Part shown: positions 8,655 through 17,250 of the stretch, one piece after another
How positions within the stretch are numbered: position 1 is the stretch's first letter
Layout of the letters: each line of letters starts with the position of its first letter
Source: Pirellula staleyi DSM 6068
Lineage (GTDB): Bacteria > Planctomycetota > Planctomycetia > Pirellulales > Pirellulaceae
DNA: 32,000 bases
Assembly: GCA_000025185.1 (NCBI GenBank)
Contig: CP001848.1
Span: 4,980,001-5,012,000 of the forward strand
Direction: 5' to 3'
Notes under the pieces: generated by a model
The model's input: only the letters and a program-made list of their open reading frames with translations
Databases searched by the model: none
What the model was told of the DNA's origin: nothing
Position numbers and translations under genes: made by a program

Positions 8655-9149
8655 TTAGAGCCAAACTTCCATGCGGTAGTTGGTCAGCGACTCGCCCCGC
8701 ACATGCACGGTTTGCTGAGCGAGATTGGTGAATCCCTGCGACAGAAAGAAGGGGAGGGCGGTGATGCTCGCCTCCAGATGCACCCGTCGCTGCGACCTTG
8801 ATTTTGCTTCGCCGATCATCGCCCGCAGTAGCGCCCGCCCCACACCTTGGCGCTGATGGTTGGCTGATACAAAAAAACGATCAAGGTGGGCGCTCCCTAA
8901 TTCAGGAACGTCGGACTCAAGGTCGCTGAAACCTGCCACGTCATTCTCGATCTCAGCCACCAGACAGAGTCGGCCTGCCAGCTTGTGGGCCCAGACTTCA
9001 CGATCCATCTCATCGGGTGCCCAGGCGCGAACCTGCGACAGCGAGTAGTGGGCGATGTTCACGCGGCGAATGGTGTCGCGAAATAGCTCGAGCAGTAAAT
9101 CGGCATCGCTCGGGCGGTAAGGGCGTATCAGAACTGGGTTGTGTGTCAC
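8655..9149 (-). CDS. GNAT-family N-acetyltransferase
   Basis: 164 aa. The acetyl-CoA binding motif is HQRQGVGRALL (Q/RxxGxG/A). The typical GNAT length and N-terminal IRPYRPSDADLLLELF are present. Confidence 0.8.
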   Translation of the reverse strand: MTHNPVLIRPYRPSDADLLLELFRDTIRRVNIAHYSLSQVRAWAPDEMDREVWAHKLAGRLCLVAEIENDVAGFSDLESDVPELGSAHLDRFFVSANHQRQGVGRALLRAMIGEAKSRSQRRVHLEASITALPFFLSQGFTNLAQQTVHVRGESLTNYRMEVWL

Positions 9150-9182
9150 GTCTCACCTTGCCTTGAACTGCAACTGCCAGCC

Positions 9183-10077
9183 GTGCGGGGGACATAGCCC
9201 GCACTAACCACCGATTGATCGTGCGTTGACACTCAAAAGTTCGTTTCTTTTGAGTACATTAGAGCCTCTTTTTCGTTTGACACATGGATGCGGGAATTGC
9301 GCTGCGATGTCCCAATTGGTTCGATATTCGAGCAACCTGCGGCCCATACGGCGCGAGATCGAACCCATCGAAGCATACTTGCGCATTTTCGCACGGTTAT
9401 CCCGACGCAAACTGCTCCATTTTGCGACAACCAAATGGGGAGTAACGACCAAGCCCTCCATAAATTCGCCGAATTTAATTTGCGGAATCCCGCAAACAGA
9501 TTCGACAACTCCCCCCTTCGAAGATACAAGGGGGGAACCACGACACCTGTAGAAGAGATGATCGAGTTCATATTTAGGGGGGTTAGTTTCCCATCGATGG
9601 TTTCAAGCTACGTGCACTTGATCCCTCATTAACCCATTGTCGCTACGAATATTACATGCAATTTCAGCCAGCTCCCCAGAACCTCTCCCATCGTTACCTT
9701 TCGAGGGCATAGTGGCGTAACGAGAGCCTGACTGATCTCTGTTTCAAAGGTAGAAGGATTCGCGAAGCCGTGGCAAGTTATGGCAGATTCTACTCCGGTA
9801 GAGTTTGCATCAGCTGCGGTTGACCGAAGCAATTGCCGGTTTTCAACACTTGCGGAGTTTGAGGCCAGAGATTTAGTTTATTGACAGTAGTGTGGTTTCG
9901 GGTTGAATTGTTGTTGGAGATTTCCGCAAGTGCCGTGTGGACTGCGACTTGTCGCTGAATGTTTCGCTGTGGGATTTTTCCCAATATCGATACATCTCGA
10001 GCGAATGAGCCCCCAGGCTCACGGGTAAGTGAGTTAGTCCGATAGCCTAGCTCTCCTCGATTTGACGAGGGAGCTGG
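9183..10077. other. Cluster of stable inverted repeats (potential RNA hairpins or protein-binding palindromes) in an ORF-poor spacer
   Basis: All read by hand. 9183-9204: gtgcggg/cccgcac, 7 bp. 9231-9255: actcaaaag/cttttgagt, 9 bp, 7-nt loop. 9479-9496: tttgcgg/ccgcaaa, 7 bp, 4-nt loop. 9511-9535: cccccctt/aagggggg, 8 bp, 9-nt loop. 10047-10077: 12 pairs with one bulge, 6-nt loop. None is followed by a U-tract on either strand. Confidence 0.5.
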
Positions 10078-10335
10078 CAGCTTGGGGAAGGATGGAGGGT
10101 TCGCGAAGGGTCGATTGGGTTAAGAGGTGGTTAACCGGTCGATTACCGCAACGCTCTGCTAACGACCCTTCGTTGGGTAGTGGCGCAGACTTTGCAACGC
10201 GAGGCTTCCAAACGGATCGAACAGCATGCAAACGGTTCTGTTGGTCGTGTGATTGAACTTGGCCCGCGATCATGTAAGCCAAGCAGCTCTTGTGGAGCTC
10301 GTGGCTGAAGATCGTCACCCTTTACCACCCAAACC

Positions 10336-11070
10336 ATGGACCCCACCAACCGACTTGGATCAGGTGTCGACGTGCTAGATGCCCCCCCCGAAAGTTCGTT
10401 TCCATCGCAGCCCTCCGGTGCCACGGTTTACATCGTTGACGACGATGCCACCGTGCTCGCGAGTGTGGCCGCGCTCGTGGATTCGATGGGAATCGCTTAC
10501 GCAGCCCATTCCTGTGCCGAGGAATTCCTCGAAAACTGGAATCGTGAAGCGGGGGGATGCCTTGTCACCGACTGGCGGATGCGAGGCCTAAGCGGCCTCG
10601 ATTTGCTCGAGCGATTGGCTGCTGAATCGACCACCATTCCGGTGATCGTGATCACAGCCTTTGCCGATGTGCCCATGGCGGTGAAAGCGATGCGCAGCGG
10701 GGCACTCACGCTGCTGCAAAAGCCGTGTCGCGAACAAGAGCTCTGGGAAGCGATTCGCCAAGCGCTGCAGCTCGACAAGTCGCGTCGCGAATCGATGAGC
10801 CATCGCGATCAGATTCGTCAGCGACTCGAACAGCTCACCCCGGGCGAACGTGAAGTGATGAATCTCGCGGTGGCTGGCAAAGCCAACAAGGTGATTGCGC
10901 AGCAGCTCGATATCGGCCTGCGAACGGTCGAAAAACGACGTCACTACATCTTCCGCAAGATGCAGGTCGATTCGTTGCCCGAGCTCGTGCAGCTGATCAT
11001 GTTCCTCAACGGCACGAGCCCTCAAGATGGGACGACGCCTCTGGGTGGATCACCGCCGGAAGAAGAGTAA
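10336..11070 (+). CDS. FixJ/NarL(LuxR)-family response regulator (REC domain plus LuxR-type HTH)
   Basis: 244 aa. The receiver domain aligns with FixJ: VYIVDDDATV..., phospho-acceptor context LVTDWRMRGLSG, VIVITAFADVPMAVKAMRSGA, and QKP. The C-terminal LTPGEREVMNLAVAGKANKVIAQQLDIGLRTVEKRR is the LuxR-type HTH. No histidine kinase lies in the window. Confidence 0.88.
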   Translation: MDPTNRLGSGVDVLDAPPESSFPSQPSGATVYIVDDDATVLASVAALVDSMGIAYAAHSCAEEFLENWNREAGGCLVTDWRMRGLSGLDLLERLAAESTTIPVIVITAFADVPMAVKAMRSGALTLLQKPCREQELWEAIRQALQLDKSRRESMSHRDQIRQRLEQLTPGEREVMNLAVAGKANKVIAQQLDIGLRTVEKRRHYIFRKMQVDSLPELVQLIMFLNGTSPQDGTTPLGGSPPEEE

Positions 11071-11138
11071 ACGAGGCTGCCCTCGCGTACGCTTGGCCTA
11101 GCCGACGTTTTACCTCGTCAGTGCTGAGCTGTGCCTGT

Positions 11139-12365
11139 TTAGTGTGGCGCACGCACGTCGCGCTCGGTGCGGACCCACTGCTGCTGTCGTTTCACCAAAA
11201 ACGCCAAGTAAATAGGCATCTTGCTCATCGCATAAACTGGTGCAGCCACCAGCGAAAAGAGCTTCACTTGCTTGCGGCAATGGACATACCAGCCGACAAG
11301 CACAGCCGATCCTAGCAGGAAGCCTCCGGCCGCTAGGATCACCAAAGGCCAAGTCGAAATTCCCACAAGAGCAACCAAGGTTGCCCCCATCAGCGCCACG
11401 ACCCACGACAACACGAGGAGTGAGAGCGGGGGAATCGCCAAATCGACTGCAAGGCACAACAGGTCGAGTCGCAAGTGTCGCAAAGCAAGCAGCGCCAGTT
11501 GTGGTGCCTGCTTAAGTAGCGTCGCTAGGTGGCCATGCTCCCATCGCGTTCGCTGTGTTCGCGCGGCTGCTTGTTGCTTCGGGAGCGGGCTGTCGACACG
11601 CGCATCGAGACAGAGCAGCGGTTTGCTTCCCGCTAGTGCCAAATCAATGCCGAGCTGCATATCTTCCACTACACAAGCAGTCGCCATATCGGCGCGTCGA
11701 ATCAAATGCCAAGGGAGCGACATCCCGGTTCCTGTCAGATAACAGAGACCTGCCAGACGATAGAGCCCGAGCGAACGAACCAGATTCTTAAAGCGAAAGG
11801 CGAGTCCTGAAATCGACTCCCAATGTTTGGCATCGGCACTGGGATCACACAGATTCAAGCCTTGCACAGGTCGTTTCGTGCTGGCAGCCACGGTTGCTAA
11901 GGTGCGCACGGTTTGCGGCTGAACGCGGCAATCGGCATCGAGGAACACCACCACATCGGGCGGATTGCTAGTCAGATGCGCAATGCCAAAATCGAGCGCA
12001 AAACCTTTGCCACGCTGCGACAAATCATGACGACACACCACTTCGGCCCCACATTCGCTGGCAACGTCGGCAGTGCGATCGGTGCAGTTATCGGCGACCA
12101 CAAGCACGCGATCATGCGGGCCGATCGTCGGTAGAATCGACTCGATCGTGCCACGAATTCCAGCCTCTTCATTATGAGCGGGAATAAGCACAGCCGCGCG
12201 AACCGAGCGATCATCGACGAGAGGCTGTGGCCGGCGCGGCCAAAGCGACAGCAGCACTTCCAAGCTGAACATCGCGATCGGAACGAGCGCGAGGCAGGCT
12301 AGGGCGATGGTTGTGACAGCAGCGATATTCAGGAGCATTGGAAACACCTTCTCAGGGACTGACAT
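11139..12365 (-). CDS. Membrane-embedded family-2 glycosyltransferase with a synthase-type Q(R)xRW motif
   Basis: 408 aa with an N-terminal TM helix. The GT-A core is VLIPAHNEE...VVADNCTDRT..., with a DAD (FLDADCRV) motif. QRTRW is encoded at 11541-11555. Several C-terminal TM helices follow. It is the last gene of the glycan locus. Confidence 0.8.
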   Translation of the reverse strand: MSVPEKVFPMLLNIAAVTTIALACLALVPIAMFSLEVLLSLWPRRPQPLVDDRSVRAAVLIPAHNEEAGIRGTIESILPTIGPHDRVLVVADNCTDRTADVASECGAEVVCRHDLSQRGKGFALDFGIAHLTSNPPDVVVFLDADCRVQPQTVRTLATVAASTKRPVQGLNLCDPSADAKHWESISGLAFRFKNLVRSLGLYRLAGLCYLTGTGMSLPWHLIRRADMATACVVEDMQLGIDLALAGSKPLLCLDARVDSPLPKQQAAARTQRTRWEHGHLATLLKQAPQLALLALRHLRLDLLCLAVDLAIPPLSLLVLSWVVALMGATLVALVGISTWPLVILAAGGFLLGSAVLVGWYVHCRKQVKLFSLVAAPVYAMSKMPIYLAFLVKRQQQWVRTERDVRAPH

Positions 12366-12478
12366 GCTTCAGGCATGAGCCTCGCACTGGAGCGCATCTC
12401 ATTTTGTGTAGCGGCTGTTTCGTCAATTTTCGCTAGGATTATTAGCGTCACGCACACTATTCGTCCGTGCGACTCGCA

Positions 12479-13555
12479 CTAGTCGTTCAAAATCCACTTG
12501 CGCAGCGGCGCCACGATTTTCTCGGGGAGCCCCCCCATCGACTTCATGGCCGATTGATCGAGCCAGGTTCGTGTGCTGCGCCATCGTGCGCGGAGCCACA
12601 CTCCCAAGCAGTTCGTCGTCACGCTCCCTTCCATCATCGAGCAGGAAGAACTGGCGAGACTCTGCTTATAACGCTCGTCCCCTTTGCCGAGATCGATGAG
12701 CGTAATCCCCTCGCGCTCGGCCACTTCAGCAAGCTTCAGGAAGAGAATGAGACCTGGCGAATAAGCTCCGAAATCTCGATCGTAAGCAGTAAACCAGCCA
12801 TGCAGGACGCCGCGAGACCGTAGTGAATAGCAAATCGCCACAGGCTTTTCGTCGACGCGCAGCACAGTCATCACACCGCGCAGCGCCGTGGAATCGCTAG
12901 CCAATAAGTTTTTAAGCAACTGAATGGTCCAGTCCGAAGCCAGCACATCTCCGATCCCTGTGCGGGCAAACTGGGCTCGCTTCCACTCCACCAGCAGATC
13001 AAAAATCTCGGCAGAGGGATCATGCACGGTGAGTGTCACAGCGCCACGTTCGCGCTCGAGCTTTCTCGCCTTCTGCCAAGTTTTTGCGACAACGTCGCTG
13101 CCACTTGCTTTGCGATCGCGGCAGTAATGCTCGAAACCTTCGTGGAGCCAAAGCTGAGGCGACTCCCCCTCGCATTTTGCGTGCGGCACGAAGGAGATTT
13201 GTGATTTCGGAACATGCTCGAAATCCCACGCGCCGAGAAAGCAATCGCGAACGATCTGCCCCGGATCAAGCGCGAGTCCCGGGGTTCCGATCACGCCGTG
13301 GTAGTCCGACAACTTACCTCCGACAGGTTTACCGAGGTTAAATGCGCCACGCTGAAAGGGGAGCACTCCGACGAGTTCGCCTGCTTCAAACAGCTGCGCA
13401 ATTTCGACATCATCGCGCACGAGCGAAACGGCCTGCGTAAACTCGGGTGTGAAGTACGGGCTCTGTAGCTCGGCTTGTGTCGACTGCCAACGCTCCCACG
13501 CTTGCCATGCAAACGTGGTTAGGTCGTCGGGAATCGTAAGAATTACTTGAACCAT
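12479..13555 (-). CDS. CelD/BcsL-like (FemAB-related, Acetyltransf_6) GNAT-fold acyltransferase, paralog 2
   Basis: The track ORF extends to 13675, but that extension overlaps the upstream gene. ATG 13555 aligns with the N-terminus of paralog 1 and is preceded by AAGGA. Shared blocks are SPYFTPEF, VRDDVE, PFQR, KPVGG.LSDYHGVI, SPGL and IDLGKGDE.YK. Confidence 0.75.
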   Translation of the reverse strand: MVQVILTIPDDLTTFAWQAWERWQSTQAELQSPYFTPEFTQAVSLVRDDVEIAQLFEAGELVGVLPFQRGAFNLGKPVGGKLSDYHGVIGTPGLALDPGQIVRDCFLGAWDFEHVPKSQISFVPHAKCEGESPQLWLHEGFEHYCRDRKASGSDVVAKTWQKARKLERERGAVTLTVHDPSAEIFDLLVEWKRAQFARTGIGDVLASDWTIQLLKNLLASDSTALRGVMTVLRVDEKPVAICYSLRSRGVLHGWFTAYDRDFGAYSPGLILFLKLAEVAEREGITLIDLGKGDERYKQSLASSSCSMMEGSVTTNCLGVWLRARWRSTRTWLDQSAMKSMGGLPEKIVAPLRKWILND

Positions 13556-13569
13556 TGCCGTCCGATTCC

Positions 13570-14655
13570 TTACTTCATCGAGAGCCATTCGCGCATCCGA
13601 CGAAGCCAACGCACGGGTGCGCGAGCCGGACCTGCGAGAGGTGAGTTCTTCACAAGATCGCGGGTCGTCGTCCATCCTTTGCGAATGACACTGCGAAACG
13701 GATGCGACTCGACAATCCCCTCGGCCACCATCGCCTCGGAGTTTGCATACGAACGTTTGTACTGCTCATCACCTTTTCCCAGGTCGATCCGATGCACGCC
13801 ATGCTGGTTGGCATGACGAGCCATCTGTGTCAGCAGTACGAGCCCCGGCGAATGCTTGGCAGCGTCAACATCGTACGCCGGAAACCACGAGTGGAGCGTC
13901 GATCCCGACCGCATACAAAAATGCATCGCCACCACACGGTCTGCTGCTCGGAGCGTGCACATCACGCCGCTGAACTGCGGTGAATTCCCCTGCTTCCAGA
14001 TGTTTTCGATCAGCTTGCGGGTCCAGTCGAACGAGAAGATATCGGTGACTCCAGTGGCGTTGTACTGAGCCGATTTCCACTGAAACAGCAGCTGGAGAAC
14101 CGCATCTTCGGTGGTGTTCCACTCAAACGTCAAAGGCCCCACTTGTCGCGTGAGCCTGTCTTCTTTCTTGAGCGAGTCGGTCATCAGCCGCGCGTTGTCG
14201 GCGCGTCGATTTTCGAGGTAGGACTCAAAGCCTTCGCTTACATCGATCGTGGGAGAGGGCTTCAGATCAGCATGAAACGGTTTCCAAGCTTTCTGCGAAG
14301 CGACGAGGTGATCGAACTCGAAGGCCGAGAGCTTACAGTCGCGCAGCATTTTGGTGGGAGAGAATTCGAGCCCTTCACGCGCGATCACACCGTGATAGTC
14401 GGAAAGCCTTCCACCAACCGGTTTCGCCACGCCCCACATCGTCCGCTGAAAGGGGAAAAAGCCGACAACTTCACTCCCCTCGCGCAGCAAGGCAACTTCG
14501 ACGTCATCACGCACACGGGCCACATGCTGCGCAAATTCAGGCGTAAAGTAAGGGCTCACGAGTTCTGGATTGGTCTGCTGCATCTCGCCCCACAGCGCAA
14601 TCTGCTCGGTCGTTAACTGCGAGAACGGCACTACTTGTGTATTCATAGAAAGCAA
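13570..14655 (-). CDS. CelD/BcsL-like (FemAB-related, Acetyltransf_6) GNAT-fold acyltransferase, paralog 1
   Basis: 361 aa with the same conserved blocks as the downstream paralog. The C-terminal motif HRIDLGKGDEQYKRSYAN is as I recall for COG5653-type proteins. Its stop lies 14 nt before the next start. Confidence 0.75.
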   Translation of the reverse strand: MLSMNTQVVPFSQLTTEQIALWGEMQQTNPELVSPYFTPEFAQHVARVRDDVEVALLREGSEVVGFFPFQRTMWGVAKPVGGRLSDYHGVIAREGLEFSPTKMLRDCKLSAFEFDHLVASQKAWKPFHADLKPSPTIDVSEGFESYLENRRADNARLMTDSLKKEDRLTRQVGPLTFEWNTTEDAVLQLLFQWKSAQYNATGVTDIFSFDWTRKLIENIWKQGNSPQFSGVMCTLRAADRVVAMHFCMRSGSTLHSWFPAYDVDAAKHSPGLVLLTQMARHANQHGVHRIDLGKGDEQYKRSYANSEAMVAEGIVESHPFRSVIRKGWTTTRDLVKNSPLAGPARAPVRWLRRMREWLSMK

Positions 14656-14721
14656 GCTTCCTTGGCTATTCGTTGGACTGGCTTCTGCGAAGAAGAACGA
14701 GTTGGCTACGGGACCTTGTGA

Positions 14722-15825
14722 TTATTTGGTGGTGGTTGCTGCCTGGCCCCCGCGCACCTCTTCGGGAGCGAAGACCAGTGGTTGCGATGCGGCTGAACGT
14801 TGGACCGGCTCGGCGGTCGCGAGAGAAGCAACTGCGGTCGCTGAACTGCCAGGAACTGGTGCAAGCGCCCCTTCGTCGATCGTTCGCGCCACTTTGCGGC
14901 CAGAGGGGAGCAGCAGTGAGAGTCCCTTGACGTAATGACCAGCCCCCATCTGCATCTGACACTCTCGTTCGAGCACCATTTCACGAGTACCAGTGAGCAT
15001 GGCGAGCCACTGAGCCGGGCGATGGACCAGTTCTCGGCGGGCACGTTTGGCGAGCCAACGCAAGACAAACATCCAGCGCGAGCGGTCGCGAAACTCGTTC
15101 CACGCCACGCCCTCACCCATGCGATACGACAGCTTGCCGAGATAGGCTGGATCGAGACGCTCGGGTGGAGTCAGGTGATGCACGATGGCCGAAGGGACGT
15201 ACCAAAACTGATGCCCCCGCGCGACGATGCGGCGATAGAGATCGGTATCTTCACCGCGCCCATGCACCGAAGTTTCGAAGACGCCAACTTCCTGAAACAG
15301 GCTGCGATGCACCATCATGTTGCCGCATCCTGGATTCACTTTTCCGGCGTAAAGTCGCGGCGATTGCGACCAGCGCGACTCTCCGAGCAACATCCGAACT
15401 GTCGGTGCGAGATCGCGCTCGGCACCACTGGTAAACAGCAAGTGAACATCGCCACCCACCGCTTTCACGTTGTGCATCGTGGCAAACAGATAGAGTTCGA
15501 GGAGCCAGTTTTCGTCGGCCAGTTGGTCGTCGTCGAAAAAGGCAATCCACTCACCACGCGCCTCGGCGACACCGCGATTGCGGGCCGGCACAATTCCCTT
15601 ACGCGGCTCGTAAACGCCCCGAATCGGTGCTTCGGAGAGGGCCTGGACCTCTTCGATCACTTGATCGGTGTGATCGGTCGAAGCGTTGTTCACCACCAGC
15701 ACTTCGTAGGAAAAAAGTCCCGCGCGATTCAAATCAAACAGACTTGCAATCGCCGTACGTAGCATCTCGGCACGCTGAAACGTGCAGAGCACAATGGTGA
15801 TGTCGGGGCACTGGCTAGAGGTCAT
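14722..15825 (-). CDS. Family-2 glycosyltransferase (soluble GT-A type) with a low-complexity C-terminal tail
   Basis: 367 aa. It has ITIVLCTFQRAEMLRTAIASL...VLVVNNASTDHT and a DDD motif (AFFDDDQLAD). No TM helices are evident. Confidence 0.8.
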   Translation of the reverse strand: MTSSQCPDITIVLCTFQRAEMLRTAIASLFDLNRAGLFSYEVLVVNNASTDHTDQVIEEVQALSEAPIRGVYEPRKGIVPARNRGVAEARGEWIAFFDDDQLADENWLLELYLFATMHNVKAVGGDVHLLFTSGAERDLAPTVRMLLGESRWSQSPRLYAGKVNPGCGNMMVHRSLFQEVGVFETSVHGRGEDTDLYRRIVARGHQFWYVPSAIVHHLTPPERLDPAYLGKLSYRMGEGVAWNEFRDRSRWMFVLRWLAKRARRELVHRPAQWLAMLTGTREMVLERECQMQMGAGHYVKGLSLLLPSGRKVARTIDEGALAPVPGSSATAVASLATAEPVQRSAASQPLVFAPEEVRGGQAATTTK

Positions 15826-15876
15826 GGCATTATTCTCAAGGCGGAAGTGTGGCGATCGCTCGCCGTTGTTTTGTGG

Positions 15877-17250
15877 TTAGTGGGCGGATGAACTCGGTGC
15901 TTTGCGCTCCGTTGTTGGCTCGGCAAAGAGTCCGATATGCAGCAAGTAGCTACCGAGTAGAAACGTGCCGAGCATGATGTTCACCATGCCCGACTCGAGG
16001 AACGAGTTGAGGAGTGCAAACACGATCAAGCCGAATGGCAGGGCGTAGGACGAATCGCGCAGCTGGAGATAGCCGCGTGCTGAACTCCAGAGGCCAATGA
16101 AAGCCATCACGACTCCCAGTAGTAGCCCGACTTGTCCCACGCTGAGCATCACGTCGAGATAGCCGTTGTGAGCTTCGCGTACACCCCACTGCAGCGTTTC
16201 GGAAACTGAATCGATGTTGTCGGCAGTCCAAAACGACTCGAAGCCGTGTCCCAGCAGGGGACGTTGAGCAATGTGATCCCACATTTCGGGCCAAATCAGG
16301 TGGCGTCCCGAAAGGGTGTCGGATTCCTCGGCGCGACCCAGCAGAACGGCATCGCGAAAATCTTTTTTAGGATCGATCCCGGTGAGCCAAAGCAGCAGCA
16401 GCGAAGCTGCGCCGCACCAAGCGATGGCAAGTCCGCCGAGCAACTTCGTGCTGAACTTCGTTTGCAGGAGCAGAATCGCTAGCAGCGAGACCAGCACAGC
16501 CGCTGTGCTGGTGCGTGATTTTGTGAGCACCAGTAAGAGGAGTCCGGCCATGCCTGCCGCAACAATCCACGAACGCAACTGGCCGCTCTTCGTCGCAGGC
16601 CACAGCGCCGCGGCGGAGAAAATCTGAACCGCCAGGATCATCCCTTGCGTATTGGGGTGTACAGTTCCCGCGAATCGAAAGTCTCCCGACCATGGGCGAA
16701 AGGTGCCGAGTCGCAGTTCGTTGAGTACACCGAACGATGAGAGTGCTACGGTAATCAGCAATGACAAGAGCGCCAGCTCGCGCAAATTGAGGTACCGCGC
16801 AAGCCCCAGAGAGCCAACGATCACGCAGCTGAGCACGATCAATCGGCGCAGCGCCATCGACGGATCGATCGCCCAAAAATAGCTGGCGTAGCAAATCGCA
16901 AAGAAGCAGCCGATCGAACCAATCATCAGCAGATTGATATGAAGCTTGGTCTTACTGCCGACAAGCAGCAGCCCCCCGAGCATACCGAGCGCGAGAAAGA
17001 CAAGGCGCCGGAGGGTGTTGCCCCCTCCCGCAGTCGCCTGCATTTCGTCGGCTGTCTGCGTGTAGGCATCGGCCAAGGCTACCTGCAAACTGTGTTCGCA
17101 CAGAAAGAACGACGCGCCTATGATTGCGGCCAAAACGGCAACACGCTGAAAGTTCACCGGCGGCACATTCACCAGCGGACTGCTCAACTGCTGCGTCGCG
17201 CAGTTCTCGGGCCAGTGATGGTAACGAGGTTCGGAGAGTGAGGCACTCAT
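15877..17250 (-). CDS. O-antigen ligase/polymerase family (Wzy_C-like) polytopic membrane protein
   Basis: 457 aa with at least 10 hydrophobic helices. The block LTKSRTSTAAVLVSLLAILLL and a large loop with HNGYLDV are typical of the O-antigen ligase/Wzy family. Its start overlaps the flippase stop (ATGA at 17247-17250). Confidence 0.75.
   Translation of the reverse strand: MSASLSEPRYHHWPENCATQQLSSPLVNVPPVNFQRVAVLAAIIGASFFLCEHSLQVALADAYTQTADEMQATAGGGNTLRRLVFLALGMLGGLLLVGSKTKLHINLLMIGSIGCFFAICYASYFWAIDPSMALRRLIVLSCVIVGSLGLARYLNLRELALLSLLITVALSSFGVLNELRLGTFRPWSGDFRFAGTVHPNTQGMILAVQIFSAAALWPATKSGQLRSWIVAAGMAGLLLLVLTKSRTSTAAVLVSLLAILLLQTKFSTKLLGGLAIAWCGAASLLLLWLTGIDPKKDFRDAVLLGRAEESDTLSGRHLIWPEMWDHIAQRPLLGHGFESFWTADNIDSVSETLQWGVREAHNGYLDVMLSVGQVGLLLGVVMAFIGLWSSARGYLQLRDSSYALPFGLIVFALLNSFLESGMVNIMLGTFLLGSYLLHIGLFAEPTTERKAPSSSAH

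Noticed and set aside
9395-9470. Possible c-di-GMP-I riboswitch, suggested by a GACGCAAA-containing segment
   Set aside because: Only this short string matches. The other conserved GEMM-I elements and helices could not be found by eye.
9204-9632. Overlapping 85-114-aa ORFs on both strands in the AT-rich spacer, considered as a possible decayed transposase, toxin or other pseudogene
   Set aside because: There are no recognisable catalytic or family motifs in any frame, the ORFs overlap each other, and I could find no terminal inverted repeats. It cannot be supported without tblastx.
13556-13675. N-terminal extension of the second CelD-like ORF. The flippase ORF extension at 18639..18827 is a similar case.
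   Set aside because: Each extension overlaps the preceding gene. Paralog alignment (for 13555) and the first non-overlapping ATG (for 18638) support the shorter forms.
14935-15762. 275-aa plus-strand ORF. Similar cases are 20498..21307, 19694..20449, 18267..18950 and 4817..5443.
   Set aside because: All lie antisense to genes with clear family motifs (GT2, PCP, deacetylase/flippase, trpE), and none shows motifs of its own.
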